From NCBI RefSeq assembly GCF_018350175.1, contig NC_058368.1:180422001-180486000 (forward strand): DNA of 64,000 bases, in the 5' to 3' direction. The notes beneath the pieces were generated by a model that was not told the origin of the DNA, searched no databases, and saw nothing but the letters and a program-made list of their open reading frames with translations. Shown one piece after another: positions 37,903-49,440 of this stretch; the first letter of the stretch is position 1; each line of letters starts with the position of its first letter. Both the position numbers and the translations under genes were made by a program. Source of the DNA: Felis catus. Its lineage: Eukaryota.

Positions 37903-39213
37903 AAAACTTTTCCCTCCTCACCATAGATGCAAGCCCCTAAAGGACCATGAATGTTAAGATTTCCTGTGTGTCCTTCCGGAAATATTTTCATAGACATAGC
38001 AGCATGAGTATGTACCTAGCAGGCACCCATGTGCACACCCACACACATATATACATGATTACACACACTTAAACTCTACTTCATGAAACCTAAGAAAGCA
38101 AGCCTCAATTATAAAAGTTTTCTTATTTATAAAATGAAGAAAAACAGTGCCAATAAACTATAGCCCAGTGCTTTCTTTACCTCAGAAGATTTACTTTATC
38201 TGTATTGAAAAAGCTCATTTAGACTTACTTAGACTCGCAGCTCTTTTTTCCATACACGGAAAGAAAAACAAGCAAAATAAATTAGCTAAGGTATTGATAA
38301 GCCACAACTCTTTCTCAACGCTGACTCATGGACACCTGTGTGTCCCTCACAGCACCATTCTTGGTGCCACTGAGTGCTGAGCCAGCATTTCTTTGAAGAG
38401 AGCTCCAATGATGTCTCTGTGATTTTCTTCCAAGCTACTGAGAGTTACTTTGAGTTTTGATTCTGGTGCCTTCCCGATTTTACCAGAGGATGCCAAAGAT
38501 AAGAACAAAGGTCTGTCCACAGTTGCTCTTAAATGGTTTGTGGGGGAAACAGCACCAGTTACGTTAGCAGGAACACCAGAGTTTGTGCATCGGTGGGCCA
38601 TGACCATGGCCAACAGCATTTCTAAGATTCATCTACAATTTGAAGATGTTAACACATAAAACAAACAAAACTCACAAGTTAATCTAAAAAGTGATGAATT
38701 ATACTACAATGTATACACAACCTCCCTCAACTCTCAGTTGACTTGGGGTTGCAAAGTCAAATCACAACACAAGCCTGGCAGGTAAGTGAGTAAAGTGGGA
38801 AAGGTAGGGGCATATGAACAGGAAGTAGTTCTAAAGCAGCAATTCTCCAAGGGTGGTCCTACACCAGCAGCTATATTAATCCTGTGTGGGCTAAACGTTT
38901 CCATGGAATAGAGAATTCCTTCAGTCCTCTCCATAAGACTAGTACATATGGATGTACAAGTATTTTTAACCCCATTTCTCTTAACATAAAACATACTATT
39001 CTGAATCTTGCTATTTGCTTAATTGTATACCTTGGGATTCTTTCCATATCAGCACCAGTAGCTCTACCTCATGCTTAACTACCTACATGGCACTCCACTC
39101 CACTGCATGGATGTCCCTCACCTTACCTACACAGCTCCCAGGCTATTTTCTGGTTTTGTTGCTGTCACACCCAAAGCTACGTGAGGAAGTGGCAAAGCTG
39201 CAGTCTGAAGCAC

Positions 39214-39472
39214 GATCTCCTGTGTGGGGAGGGGGTATGATGGTGATCATCATCTTCCCCGTGTGGAAGGCAGTACTCTGGTAATCCCTGTGTGGAAGGT
39301 GGTACTCTGGTGATCCCCGCTGTGTGGGAAGGGGTATTCTGGTGATCCCCCATGTGGGAGGGGGTACTCTAGTGATCCCCTGTGTGGGAGGGGGAATGCT
39401 GGTGAGCCCCCTGTGTGGGAAGCGGTTACTCTGGTGATCCCCCTGTGTGGGAGGGGGTACTCCGGTGATCCC
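39214..39472. repeat. Minisatellite, ~8 copies of a ~30-bp unit (TGTGTGGGAGGGGGTACTCTGGTGATCCCC)
   Basis: Units start at ~39221, 39260, 39289, 39321, 39351, 39381, 39412 and 39444. Confidence 0.93.
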
Positions 39473-40388
39473 AAACCTGGCTGTGTGAGTCACCCACAAG
39501 TGACTGTCTTGAGGTCAGTTTGGGGCTCTGGGGAGGCAGGAAGGGATTGGTTGTGGAGGATTCTGGATGTACTAGAAGATTCAGCAGCTGTAGGGGTAAG
39601 GATGGTGAAGAGGGACAGCTCTTTCCTGTTCTTCCTCTTCCTAATCTGCAGAGCCCTGTAGCCCCTAAATCCGGCCACTGTCTGCCTACAGCCCCAGATC
39701 CCCTCACTGCATCCTGCTCTCTGCTCTAGGTCCCCTTCTCCTGCCCTGCCAGCCCCACCCACCTCCTTCTATATGAACAGAGGAAAGAGAAAGGCAAAGA
39801 GGGCCTCAGGGAATGAGAGCCTGTGAAGTTGGAGGGAGGCATTAGTTTCATTATCCCAGTATCCCCTCCCACCAAATCATCCCTCTTCAGCATATTCCAT
39901 ACACATATGGCAGGCTCTGCAGGGGTAGGTGTAACAATAATGGTTAGTGAACACTATGCTGAGCATACACAATCCCAATTAATCCTCATAATTTTGAAGG
40001 TACCAATTGTTAGCTCCATTTTATTGACAGGAAAACTGAGCCTTGGAAAATGTGAATGCCTTTGCTCAAGTTACACAGCACATAAGTGGACTCCCTGCAC
40101 AGAATGCCCTAGTTTTCCAAAGGTTCCTTCTAAGCCGGTGTTTCTTAAGCAGCAAATTGAAACTCAGAAGTCTTTTTCTTGGTGAGTGCAAGTCCCAGGC
40201 TAATCCCCAAGACCCTCCCACCAGGTACTATGTCTGTGGATGCAGTGAGGGGGACCAGGCTAGGGAGTAGCAGGGGAGCGGTGACTCCTTCAGGTAATCA
40301 AGTGAGGAACTTACATTTTTAACTAAAGCCACAGTTTTTAATAAATACAGCTTTACATAATTTTACTTTCCCCTTTACCTTTCTACCC

Positions 40389-40673
40389 TTTTTTAAAAAG
40401 TTTATTTATCTTGAGAGAGAGCGCATGTAGAGTAGGGGGAGAGGGGGAGAGGGGGAGAGGGGGAGGGGGGAGAGGGGGAGAGGGGGAGAGAGAGAGAGAA
40501 AGAGCACAAGTGGGGGAGGGGCAGAGAGAGAGAGAGGGAGAGAGAATCCCTAGCAGACTGGGCACTGTGAGCATGGAGCCTGATGTGGGGCTTGACCTCA
40601 TGAACCATGAGATCATGACCTGAGTCGAAATCAAGAGCTGGATGCTCAACCAATGGAGCCACCCAGGCACCCC
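40389..40673 (-). mobile_element. Can-SINE with expanded (GGGGGAGA)n tract
   Basis: Reverse-complement head gccacccaggcacccc; G/A-rich expansion at 40435-40500. Confidence 0.92.
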
Positions 40674-41771
40674 TATCTTTTTAACTATTGTTTGGCCCTG
40701 TTGCTCCCACTCGCATTCACTGACCACCCAAAATGGTGGAAGCAAGGCAGGTCTTCCTAAGCTTTCCTCTCTTCCAGTGGGCAATGGGCACAAGGTCCTG
40801 GAATTCATACAAAGTAACAAAAAGGCAGTCTACTAATTCCGGGTTCATTAGCATGGCTCGTTAATTATAAATACTCCCCCCTCCAGCCACCCCTCTCCCC
40901 AAAATACCCAAAGCAGATTAAGTTTTAACTTTTGCTGGCAGAACACCTGCTTCTGAAATTCCTCCTCCCTCTGCCTCCTAGGATTTACAACACAAAAGTA
41001 AACATTTACACTGGTTAAGATTTACCAAAAGGAAGTGTGGCCTGGAATGAATCCTTTGAAGTTCTGTCTCAAAAGAAGAAGGAGCCCTTTTTTAAATATA
41101 TAAAATAAGAAACCTCAAAGCCTTCTGAGTGATGTCTGACTTGGGTTTGGAGGTAACCAGGCCTTCTCAATTTTTCACTTGGACCTTGACACCAGCATAT
41201 GTTAAATCTTAAGTATAACTCAAAACTACAGGTCTCTCTGCTCCAGGGTAAATGAGGTTATCAGTCAATAATGCAATCAAGTAGCTTCCTGGAAACTCTA
41301 GGGTAGAACTTTCTTCCTGATGAGATATTACCAAGGGGGTAGAAAACGGTACCCTATAGAGGGGGAGCCAAAGGGCAAGGCCAACTTTACAGGCGGGAAA
41401 GATCTTGAGACCCACCTGTTCCCTCCAGACAAAGCTGATTTTCTCAGTGAGGCATGTCTGTTTTACTGGAGGTGGGAGAGGGACAGGGCACAACCAGACC
41501 AGGATGTTGGCTAGGTTGACAGAGTAAGTACCAGGTGCCCCAGCAACCAGAGTCACCACACACTGAGGTCATACGGATACCTTTGGGGAAAAGGAAATTA
41601 AAAAAATTCCCCATACCTACCCCAAGATTGCTGGCATAAGCCAATGGAAATGCTATAGTCAGGAAAGGAAGGATGACAGTAGTTGTGTATCTGCATCCAA
41701 TCAAAACCTTCTATTCCTTTAGTGACAGCACCTACAGAGCAATTAACCAAGAACCTGAGCACATGGGGCAA

Positions 41772-41859
41772 GTCCCAGGCAGTGGTTGTGTGCATCTCTG
41801 AGTGAAGGAAGAGCGGTCCCAGGCAGTGGTTGTGTGCATCCCTGAGTGAAGGAAGAGCG
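41772..41859. repeat. 44-bp tandem duplication (2 copies, 1 mismatch)
   Basis: gtcccaggcagtggttgtgtgcatc(t/c)ctgagtgaaggaagagcg at 41772-41815 and 41816-41859. Confidence 0.95.
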
Positions 41860-42402
41860 GACAAAGCAAGGACTCACCACGAAATAGCACCATTAATAAC
41901 TGACTTTGTCCTAGGCACCTGTCGGCTGCCCAATTAGTTCACTAGTCTCCGCTGCGGCCCAGGGAACAAGTGTTCGTATCCACACTGTGCAGATGAGATC
42001 ATTGAGACTAGCTAACTTGGCCAAGGTTACAAATGATGCCTAAGCCCATTTTCTATTGCATTACAGTCTTCAAATGGAAGGTGTGTATTAAAAGCTGCTG
42101 TATGATACACTCGAAGCAGCAGTGAACCTGGAATCCTCCGCTGTGGGAGGCCCAGCTCAGCTTTCCTTAGCTGGGTGACCTTGAGCAAGTCATTTAGCCT
42201 TCTGCAGGTGTTTCTGATCTCACTTCTGTCCTTAACCTCAGCATTTTAATGGGTTGCATAGTGGAACAAAGAGTCCACATCCACCTACTTGCTCCAACTT
42301 CCTGGCTGATCCAGCCAAGCATTCAGAATTTTATCAGCATGAATGCAACGTATTTAGTAAGGCTTTTCCTTGCTCCTGGGTCCCCTATAAAGAAAGAAGC
42401 AT

Positions 42403-42543
42403 GGGGGCACCTGGGTGGCTCAGTCAGTTAAGCGTCTGACTCTTGATCTCAGCAGAGGTCTTGATCTCATGGTCGGGAGTTCAAGGCTCACAATGGGCTC
42501 TGCACTGGGCATGAAGCCTATGTTGAGAGAAGAGGAAAAAAAA
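42403..42543 (+). mobile_element. Short Can-SINE lacking the CT tract (older subfamily)
   Basis: ggggcacctgggtggctcagtcagttaagcgtctgactcttgatctcagc...gaagccta, then A-rich tail; flanked by aagcatg on both sides. Confidence 0.88.
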
Positions 42544-43684
42544 AAGCATGCTCCTTCCAAAATGAGCTTATATTATCATTATATATCCTTCCAGAGTTGG
42601 GAAAACAGCCAACTCTGTTGATGCTACAAGACACCATTTTACACTTGGGCTTTTGTTAGGTGAACATCTACAAACACTGGCTTTTCATGGTTCTTCAATC
42701 AAATTCAGCCCCAGCAAGTCCTCTTTACTTGGAGAGAGAGACACACACACACATCCAGAGCCCCTTAGCATTTATTCTTGCTGCCTCCAGCTTCCTAGGG
42801 CCTCACTAAGCCACAATGTCACTCAGAGGAATACCAAATTCAGAACCAGAACCGCTGGTTCTGGTTCTCAATTTGATCCAAGGACCAATTACAAACCCAT
42901 TTCTCTGCACTTCTAAAGCTCCATTTTCCAACTTGTCAATTGGGTGTGAAAGAATTTACCTCACAAGGTTGTCAGTGAAGAGCTCATGAGACCCCAGAAA
43001 GTAAAACCCTTTTAATCATAAACATTCTAGCATTTACTATGTGCTGGGCCCTTTAACACACCATTTGAATGAGTCAATATCAGACACACATGTCAGAAAC
43101 AAATACAAAAATGTAGGACACAGGCTGAACAAATGAACCAACTGATAAATGAAGGAATGGAGGGAAGGAGAGGGGGAAGGAATTAGGAAGGCCAGTGGGG
43201 CCCTGAGTCATGTTCAGAAATTCTGGGGTTTTCTATGGGCACTGGAGAACCATGACAAGTTTCTGAGAAGAGCGATTTGCTCTGGAAAGCCCTATGGAAG
43301 AAAATTCCAACAGGAGCTGCAACCTGAGCTGCTGGGAAATGATCTTGGAGTCTAGCCACCCTGTTCGCCAGAGACGATTACAACAGCCAGTGCCAAAAAG
43401 GACACCTGAACTCAGACGGTGGCCATGGGGACCGCAAAGAGCCAACAACTGCCAGCGGGGTGGGTCAGACTCTAAAAGACCTCAGCTCCCAAACGATCTC
43501 AACAGCTCTGTCCTCTCCAAAACGCAGATTTACAAGGATAAATTCTCCCAGATGCTCATTTTTGTTCTAGGTCTCAAGTGTGAAATAAGGCTGTCACGCC
43601 AGTGTCCTGGACCACTAACTTCTGTGCCCACATTCACCTCATTACCTTTAAACAAAATAAAACAAAATCAGTGCTATACTCTCA

Positions 43685-44410
43685 AGTTCACTGGAGTATT
43701 ATTCACAATAGCCAAAAAGGTGGAAGCAACCCCAGTGTCCATCAATGGATGAATGGGAAAACAACAGGTGGCATGTACATACAATGGAATATTATTCAGC
43801 CTTTTTTTTTTTTATTTTTTTTCAACGTTTTATTATTTATTTTTGGGACAGAGAGAGACAGAGCATGAACGGGGGAGGGGCAGAGAGAGAGGGAGACACA
43901 GAATCGGAAACAGGCTCCAGGCTCTGAGCCATCAGCCCAGAGCCTGACGCGGGGCTCGAACTCACGGAGTGCGAGATCGTGACCTGGCTGAAGTCGGACG
44001 TTTAACCGACTGCGCCACCCAGGCGCCCCTATTCAGCCTTTAAAAAGAAGGAAGCTCTGACGCATGCTACAACATGGATGAACCTTACATTATGCTAGCG
44101 CATGACGCTACCTGAAATAAGACGGTCACACAAACACCAATACTGTATTATTCCATTGACATGAAATAGCTGAAGTAGTCAAATTCACAGAAAGTAAAAT
44201 GGTGGTAGCCAGGGACTGAGGGAGAGGTGAATGAGGAGTTAGAATTTCATGGGTACAGAATTTTGGTTTTGCAAGATGAAAAGAGTTCGGGATATGGACA
44301 GTAATGATGGGTGCATAGCAATGTGGATGTGCTTAATCCTATAGAACCAGACACTTAAAAGTGCTTAAGACTGTACATTTTGCTATGTGGATTTTACCAG
44401 AATATTTTTT
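43685..44410 (+). mobile_element. L1MB-like 3' end, interrupted by a young SINE
   Basis: ttattcacaatagccaaaaaggtggaagcaacccc...atggaatattattcagcc|taaaaagaagg...gcaagatgaaaagagtt. Confidence 0.9.
43805..44029 (-). mobile_element. Young SINEC_Fc
   Basis: Near consensus, CpG-rich; perfect TSD tattcagccttt (43793-43804 / 44030-44041). Confidence 0.97.
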
Positions 44411-45109
44411 TTAAGTTTGGCGGTTGGGGGGGGGGGGGGGAGGAAAGAAGGAAAAAAAGGAAGGAAGGAATCATTGTTGGACTGTCAGTAAATGGGGCAG
44501 CCTGAAACAATGCAGCTCTCTGCCAAACAGGCACACCTCATCTGAGAACCTCCTCCCTCTCTTCCAGGCAACTTTTCACTATTGCTTAAAAATTCCCTTA
44601 ACCCCTTCTCCCTGTCCCACCTGATGCTGGCTCAGACCCTTTTAATATCTGAGTGGCGGGAGTCAGCCTTAGGGTGGACATTGCCATCTTATCCTATACC
44701 TTGGGACACCTGAAGTTCCCAGTGACCAACACTGACCACATCCATCACTCCAAGACCCCAGCCCTCTCCAGCCTCAGGAACAACAGCCCCACGTCCTTGC
44801 TGGCATTTCATGTGAGACTGGCAGTTTCCAGAAAATGCTTTATGTCAAGAAGAGGTGAAGTGCCCTGTGGGAACTATCTGTAAGGGCTCCTATCAGAGAG
44901 CCCCAGGGCCTGCTTTCTGAGAGGCACAGGAAGGACACAGATGGTCACAACGCCGAGCACAGAATGAGGCCATGGAGTTCAGTTTATTTCTGCCCACCTC
45001 TGTCCTCATCACTGACTCAAAGAAGATCAGCTTAGAATGAGGAAATGCCTCCATCAATCCCTCCCTTTGCAAAAAGCCGGAAAACTTGCTCTACTGGATC
45101 CAATCACTT

Positions 45110-46190
45110 ATTCAGGTATTTTGAACTCAGCTATTAGGTATGTACACATTCAGGATTACTATGTCTTTTTGATGAATTAACCCATTATTACAAAAGCTCT
45201 GTCTCTGTATATGGTAACACTCTGGTTTTCGTATACTCTGTATTTTGTCTTATAGCTATTCCAGTTTTCTTTTGATTAGAATTTCCCCATCCTTTTACTA
45301 CTCGTGTTTTCCTATCCTCTTAGTTTTAGCCCAGCTGTCTATTTACGTTTAAAATGAATCTATCATAGGCAGCTTATAAACTTGAGGGTTGTTTTTTTTT
45401 TTTTCTCCTCCAACCTGACAGTATCTGCCTTTTAACTGGAGTGCTTAATCCATTTACTTTTAATAAATTATTAATACAGCTGGATTAAAGTCTACGAACT
45501 TGCCAGTTGTTTTCCATTTGTCTCATCTGTTTGGTTGTTCTTTTTCCTACTTTAAAGACATCATCCACAATATACTATTTATGTTTGCTTTAAACAGTTA
45601 GCTTTTAAAGAAATTATGAAAAATTTTAGAAGTCTTTTATATTTCCGGGGCCCTTAATTTCTTATGGAGATCCAAGTTTCCATTTGATAAGATTTTCTTT
45701 CAGCCTGAAGAATTTCTTTTGACATTTTTTTGTAAGTCAGCTGGTGACAATTTCTCTCAGCTTTTATCAGAAAATATCTTGGTTTTACCCTCACTTTTAA
45801 GGATTTTTTTGTTGGATAGAGAATTGTAGGCTGACTACCCCCCCCCCCGCCCAACCCCTCCCCAGCTTTAAGCTTTGCACTGTAGAGATATAATACAATT
45901 ATACTTGAGCTTTGTTTCTGATGAGAAGACAGTAAAGTGTACTCATTGTTTTCCTGTACATAGTATTTATTTGCTGCCTGATTTTAAGGTTTTTCTCTTT
46001 TCTCTTTAGGTTTCAGCAACTTGATTATGACGTGTCTGGATGGGGTTTTCCACATGATTCTCCTGCGTGGGGTTTGTTGAACTTCTTGGATCTATAGGTT
46101 GATATTTTTCATCAACTTTGGAACTTTTTGGACATTATATCTTCAAATATATTTTCTTCCTCTATTTCTGTCTCTGTCTCCTTTCAAGAA
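45110..46190 (-). mobile_element. Ancient L1M fragment spanning the ORF1 end and ORF2 start (decayed)
   Basis: Minus-frame remnant QPTILYPTKKSLK...KEILQ resembles the L1 ORF1p C-terminus (QPRILYPAKLSF...KEVL); ctattaggtatgtacacattcaggattactatgtc resembles antisense ORF2 endonuclease region. Confidence 0.75.
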
Positions 46191-46194
46191 TCCA

Positions 46195-46400
46195 GGGGCG
46201 CCTGGGTGGCTCAGTCGGTTAAGCATCTGACTTCAGCTCAGGGTATGATCTCACTGTTCGTGGGTTCGAGCCCCACATCAGCTTGGAGCCCGGAGCCTGC
46301 TTTGGATTCTGTGTCTCCCTCTCTCTCTGCCCTTCTCCCACTCCCACTCTGTCTCTCTTTCAAAAATAAATAAACATTAAATAATTTTTTTAAAGAAATA
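46195..46400 (+). mobile_element. Can-SINE
   Basis: ggggcgcctgggtggctcagtcggttaagc head, CT tract, tail. Confidence 0.93.
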
Positions 46401-46440
46401 AATGGTCTAATTAAATAATTATCATTAAACAATTGATTAA

Positions 46441-46577
46441 AAATTTTTTTAAATTCAAATTAAATGACAGCTCAAGCTGTCAGCACTGGGCCTGTCCCTG
46501 GGCTCGAACCCAGTCACTGGGAGATCATGACCTAAGCCGAAGTCAGCCACTTAACCAACTGAGCTACTCAAGCACCT
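46441..46577 (-). mobile_element. Rearranged partial Can-SINE (head only)
   Basis: gagatcatgacctaagccgaagtcagccacttaaccaactgagctactcaagcacc; flanked by aacaattgatt (46428-46438 / 46580-46590). Confidence 0.82.
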
Positions 46578-47499
46578 GTAACAATTGATTTAAAAGAAAA
46601 GAATACTGCTCTTGGAGAGAATGTAAACACTGAACCTGGCCCTATCTGGGGAGTCGGGGAGTGATTTCTTGAGTAAATGGTGTTTCAGGCTGGGCTTGGA
46701 AAAGACAGTTAAGCAGGTGAAGGCAAGAGAGGGGAAGCTCTCCCTTCCTTCAGTGTGTCTACTCCTCCTGCCTGGCTAAGGAAATTGGGTTAGGCTCTGG
46801 GGAAGGATCAGAAATGAGGATGACTTTCCCATGACATCCTCCCCTGGGGGGACCAAGGCAGAGATGTGCTCTGGGAAACAAAGGGAAAGCTTTAACCCCA
46901 GGGTCCTCCTGACATGCCTGGAATCTATCCCAGGGACAGGGAAATCCTGATTTCTCTGGGACAAAAGCTGGTGTTCTACAGATGGGGCACTATATGGAGG
47001 CCCAAATGCTGACACACAGGGGACCCAGGCAACGCAGGCCTGAGGACAGTTATCCAGGTCCTTAGGATGTGGTATCCTATGGTTACAGAGGTAGCAACAT
47101 CAACCCTTAGCTCACTGTCTTCCTTTAAGGCATTCGGAACCACTCGTCATCCAGACGGTTAGAGGCTGTCAAAGTTACTGGCTGAGGGACCAGAGCAGCT
47201 CCCTTCCACCAGACTGCCTGGCCTCATCCCATTTCCCAGTTGCCCACTCTGCAAACACTCACTCTCAAACCCAGATTCTGCCAAGTTTCAAGATGGATAT
47301 TGGAGGCTGCCTCTGTTCTTTTTCCCCCTGACATGCCCACCTTGGGGGGAAAACCACCAGATTCCAGCTACCATCTCACCCCAACATCCCCACTTGAAAA
47401 AAAAAAGCAGGCAGAGAAGAAAACAACCCCTGGCAGATGGAAGGCAGCTGATTCTCTTCTGTTCACAGTAATGATGCCCTAAAGTTATCAAAAACACGT

Positions 47500-47735
47500 A
47501 AGGAGTCTTGAAGTATTCGATAGGGCTTCTCTGTATTAGTTCCTTGAATCCTCTCAGCAACCCCATGAGATCAGTTTAGATATTATCCCATTTTACAGAT
47601 GAGAAACTGAAGCACAGAAAGATATTGCAGCTGACCCAGGTGACAAAGGCAGTAAGAAGTGGAATCAGCATTAAACCCAGGCAATTTGGTTTCTAAGATT
47701 CAGCTCCTCAAATGTACATCTTACTGCCTTTCTAT
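47500..47735 (-). mobile_element. MIR
   Basis: attatcccattttacagatgagaaactgaagcacaga core. Confidence 0.82.
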
Positions 47736-47782
47736 ATGCAAAAGGACACAAGGAGTTAGTTTTTTAAAAAGTATCTGTGTAG

Positions 47783-47984
47783 CGGCACCTGCGTGGCTCA
47801 GTCAGCTAAGTGTCCAACTTTGGCTTAGGTCGTGATGTCATGGTTCGTGAGTTTGAGCTCCGCATCAGGTTCTCTGCTGTCAGCACAGAGCCTGCTTCAG
47901 ATCCTGTGACACCCCCACCCCAGCCCCTCCCCAGCTCACTCATTCTCTCTCTCTCTCTCTCTCTCAAAATAAATAAATAAACTT
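47783..47984 (+). mobile_element. Can-SINE
   Basis: Perfect 15-bp TSD aaagtatctgtgtag (47768-47782 / 47985-47999). Confidence 0.94.
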
Positions 47985-47999
47985 AAAGTATCTGTGTAG

Positions 48000-48770
48000 A
48001 TGTTCAACACCGCTAATCATTAGGGAAATGCAAATCAAAACCACGAGATACCATCTCATATCCATTCAGACGACTAATATAAAAAAAACCCAGGAAATGA
48101 CAAGTGTCTTGGTGGGGGTGTAGGGAAATTGGAAGCCTTGTGCACTGCTGGTGTGAAGATAAAATGGTGCAGCCACTGTGGAAAAGAGTGTAATGGTTCC
48201 TCAAAAAATTAAAAGTAGAATTACCATATGACCCAGAAATTCCACTTCTGGGAATATATCCAAGAGATTTAAGGCAATGACAGGAATAGACATCCGTACA
48301 CCCTTCTTTATAGTGGCATTCATGATAATCAAAAGGTGAAAGCAACCCATGTGTCCACGAATGGATGAGTGGATAAACACAGTATATACACATACAATGG
48401 AATACTATTCAGCCTTAAAAAGGAAAGAAATTCTGACAACTAAGGGAAATGCTAAGGGAATTATGCTAAGGAAAATAAGCCAGTCACAAAAAAGACAAAT
48501 ACTACATGATTCCTGTCATATGAGGTACCCAGAGCAGTCAAATTGGTAGAAACAGAAAGTAGAATGGTGTTTGTCAGGGGCTGGGGGAGAGGTGAATGAG
48601 GAGGTAAGAGTTTAATGGATACAGAGTTTCAGTTTTACAAGATGAAAAGAGTTCTGGAGATGGATGGTGGTAATGGTTGCAGAGCACCGTGAATGTGCTA
48701 AATTCCCCTGAATTGGACCCTTAAGTGGTTAAAATGGTAAATTTTATATTTTCCCCAATCAAAAATAAAT
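48000..48770 (+). mobile_element. L1MB-like ORF2 C-terminal remnant and 3' UTR
   Basis: ctaatcattagggaaatgcaaatcaaaacca...aattaccatatgacccag...atggaatactattcagccttaaaaaggaa...aataaa. Confidence 0.92.
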
Positions 48771-48789
48771 TTATGTGTTTTTCTATTTA

Positions 48790-49010
48790 AAAAAATTTTT
48801 TAATGTTTATTTATTTTTGGGAGAGAGAGAGAGACAGAGACAGAGCACGAGTGGGGCAGGGGCAGAGAGAGGGAGACACAGACTCTGATGCAGGCTCCGG
48901 GCTTGGAGCTGTCAGCACACAGCCTAACGTGGAGCTCAAACTCACAAACGGTGAGATCATGACCTGAGCCAAAGTCATATGCTTAACCAACTGAGCCACC
49001 CAGGAGCCCC
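48790..49010 (-). mobile_element. Can-SINE
   Basis: T-rich tail, GA tract, ends ctgagccacccaggagcccc. Confidence 0.92.
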
Positions 49011-49209
49011 TTTTTATTTTAGGGAGACGGAGGGACAGTGTGGGAATGTGCGAAAGGGTGAGAGGGAGAAGAGGGTATAAGGGAATCTCAAGCAGGCTCC
49101 ATTCTTAGCACAGAGCCTGACTCGGGGCTCAATTCCACTACCCTGGGATCATGACCTGAAAAAATATCAAGAGTCAGACGCCCAACCAACTGAGCCACCC
49201 AGGCACCCC
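49011..49209 (-). mobile_element. Can-SINE (older)
   Basis: gaatctcaagcaggctcc...gatcatgacctg...ctgagccacccaggcacccc. Confidence 0.88.
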
Positions 49210-49250
49210 AAGGATAATTTTTCAAGTTTACCTTTTAAAACATTAATTTA

Positions 49251-49440
49251 GGGGCACCTGGGTGGCTCAGTACATTGATCTGACTCGATTTCAGTTCAGG
49301 TCATGATCTCACGGTTTGTGGGTTCAAGCCCCACATCAGGCTCCGTGCTGACATTGCGGAGTCTGATTGGGATTCTCCCCACTCTCTCTGCACCTCCCCA
49401 GCTCTCACACGTGCTCTCTCAAAATAAACATTTAAAAACA
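49251..49440 (+). mobile_element. Can-SINE
   Basis: ggggcacctgggtggctcag head; ctcaaaataaacatt tail. Confidence 0.9.

Noticed and set aside
39214..39472. CRISPR-like array, or repeat protein from the overlapping ORFs (GITRVPPPTQ repeats)
   Set aside because: Units are contiguous with no unique spacers, there are no cas genes and the context is mammalian. The ORFs are by-products of a ~30-bp stop-poor tandem repeat.
48013..48549. 126-aa and 66-aa ORFs as genes
   Set aside because: Antisense and sense readings of a decayed L1 ORF2 end and 3' UTR.
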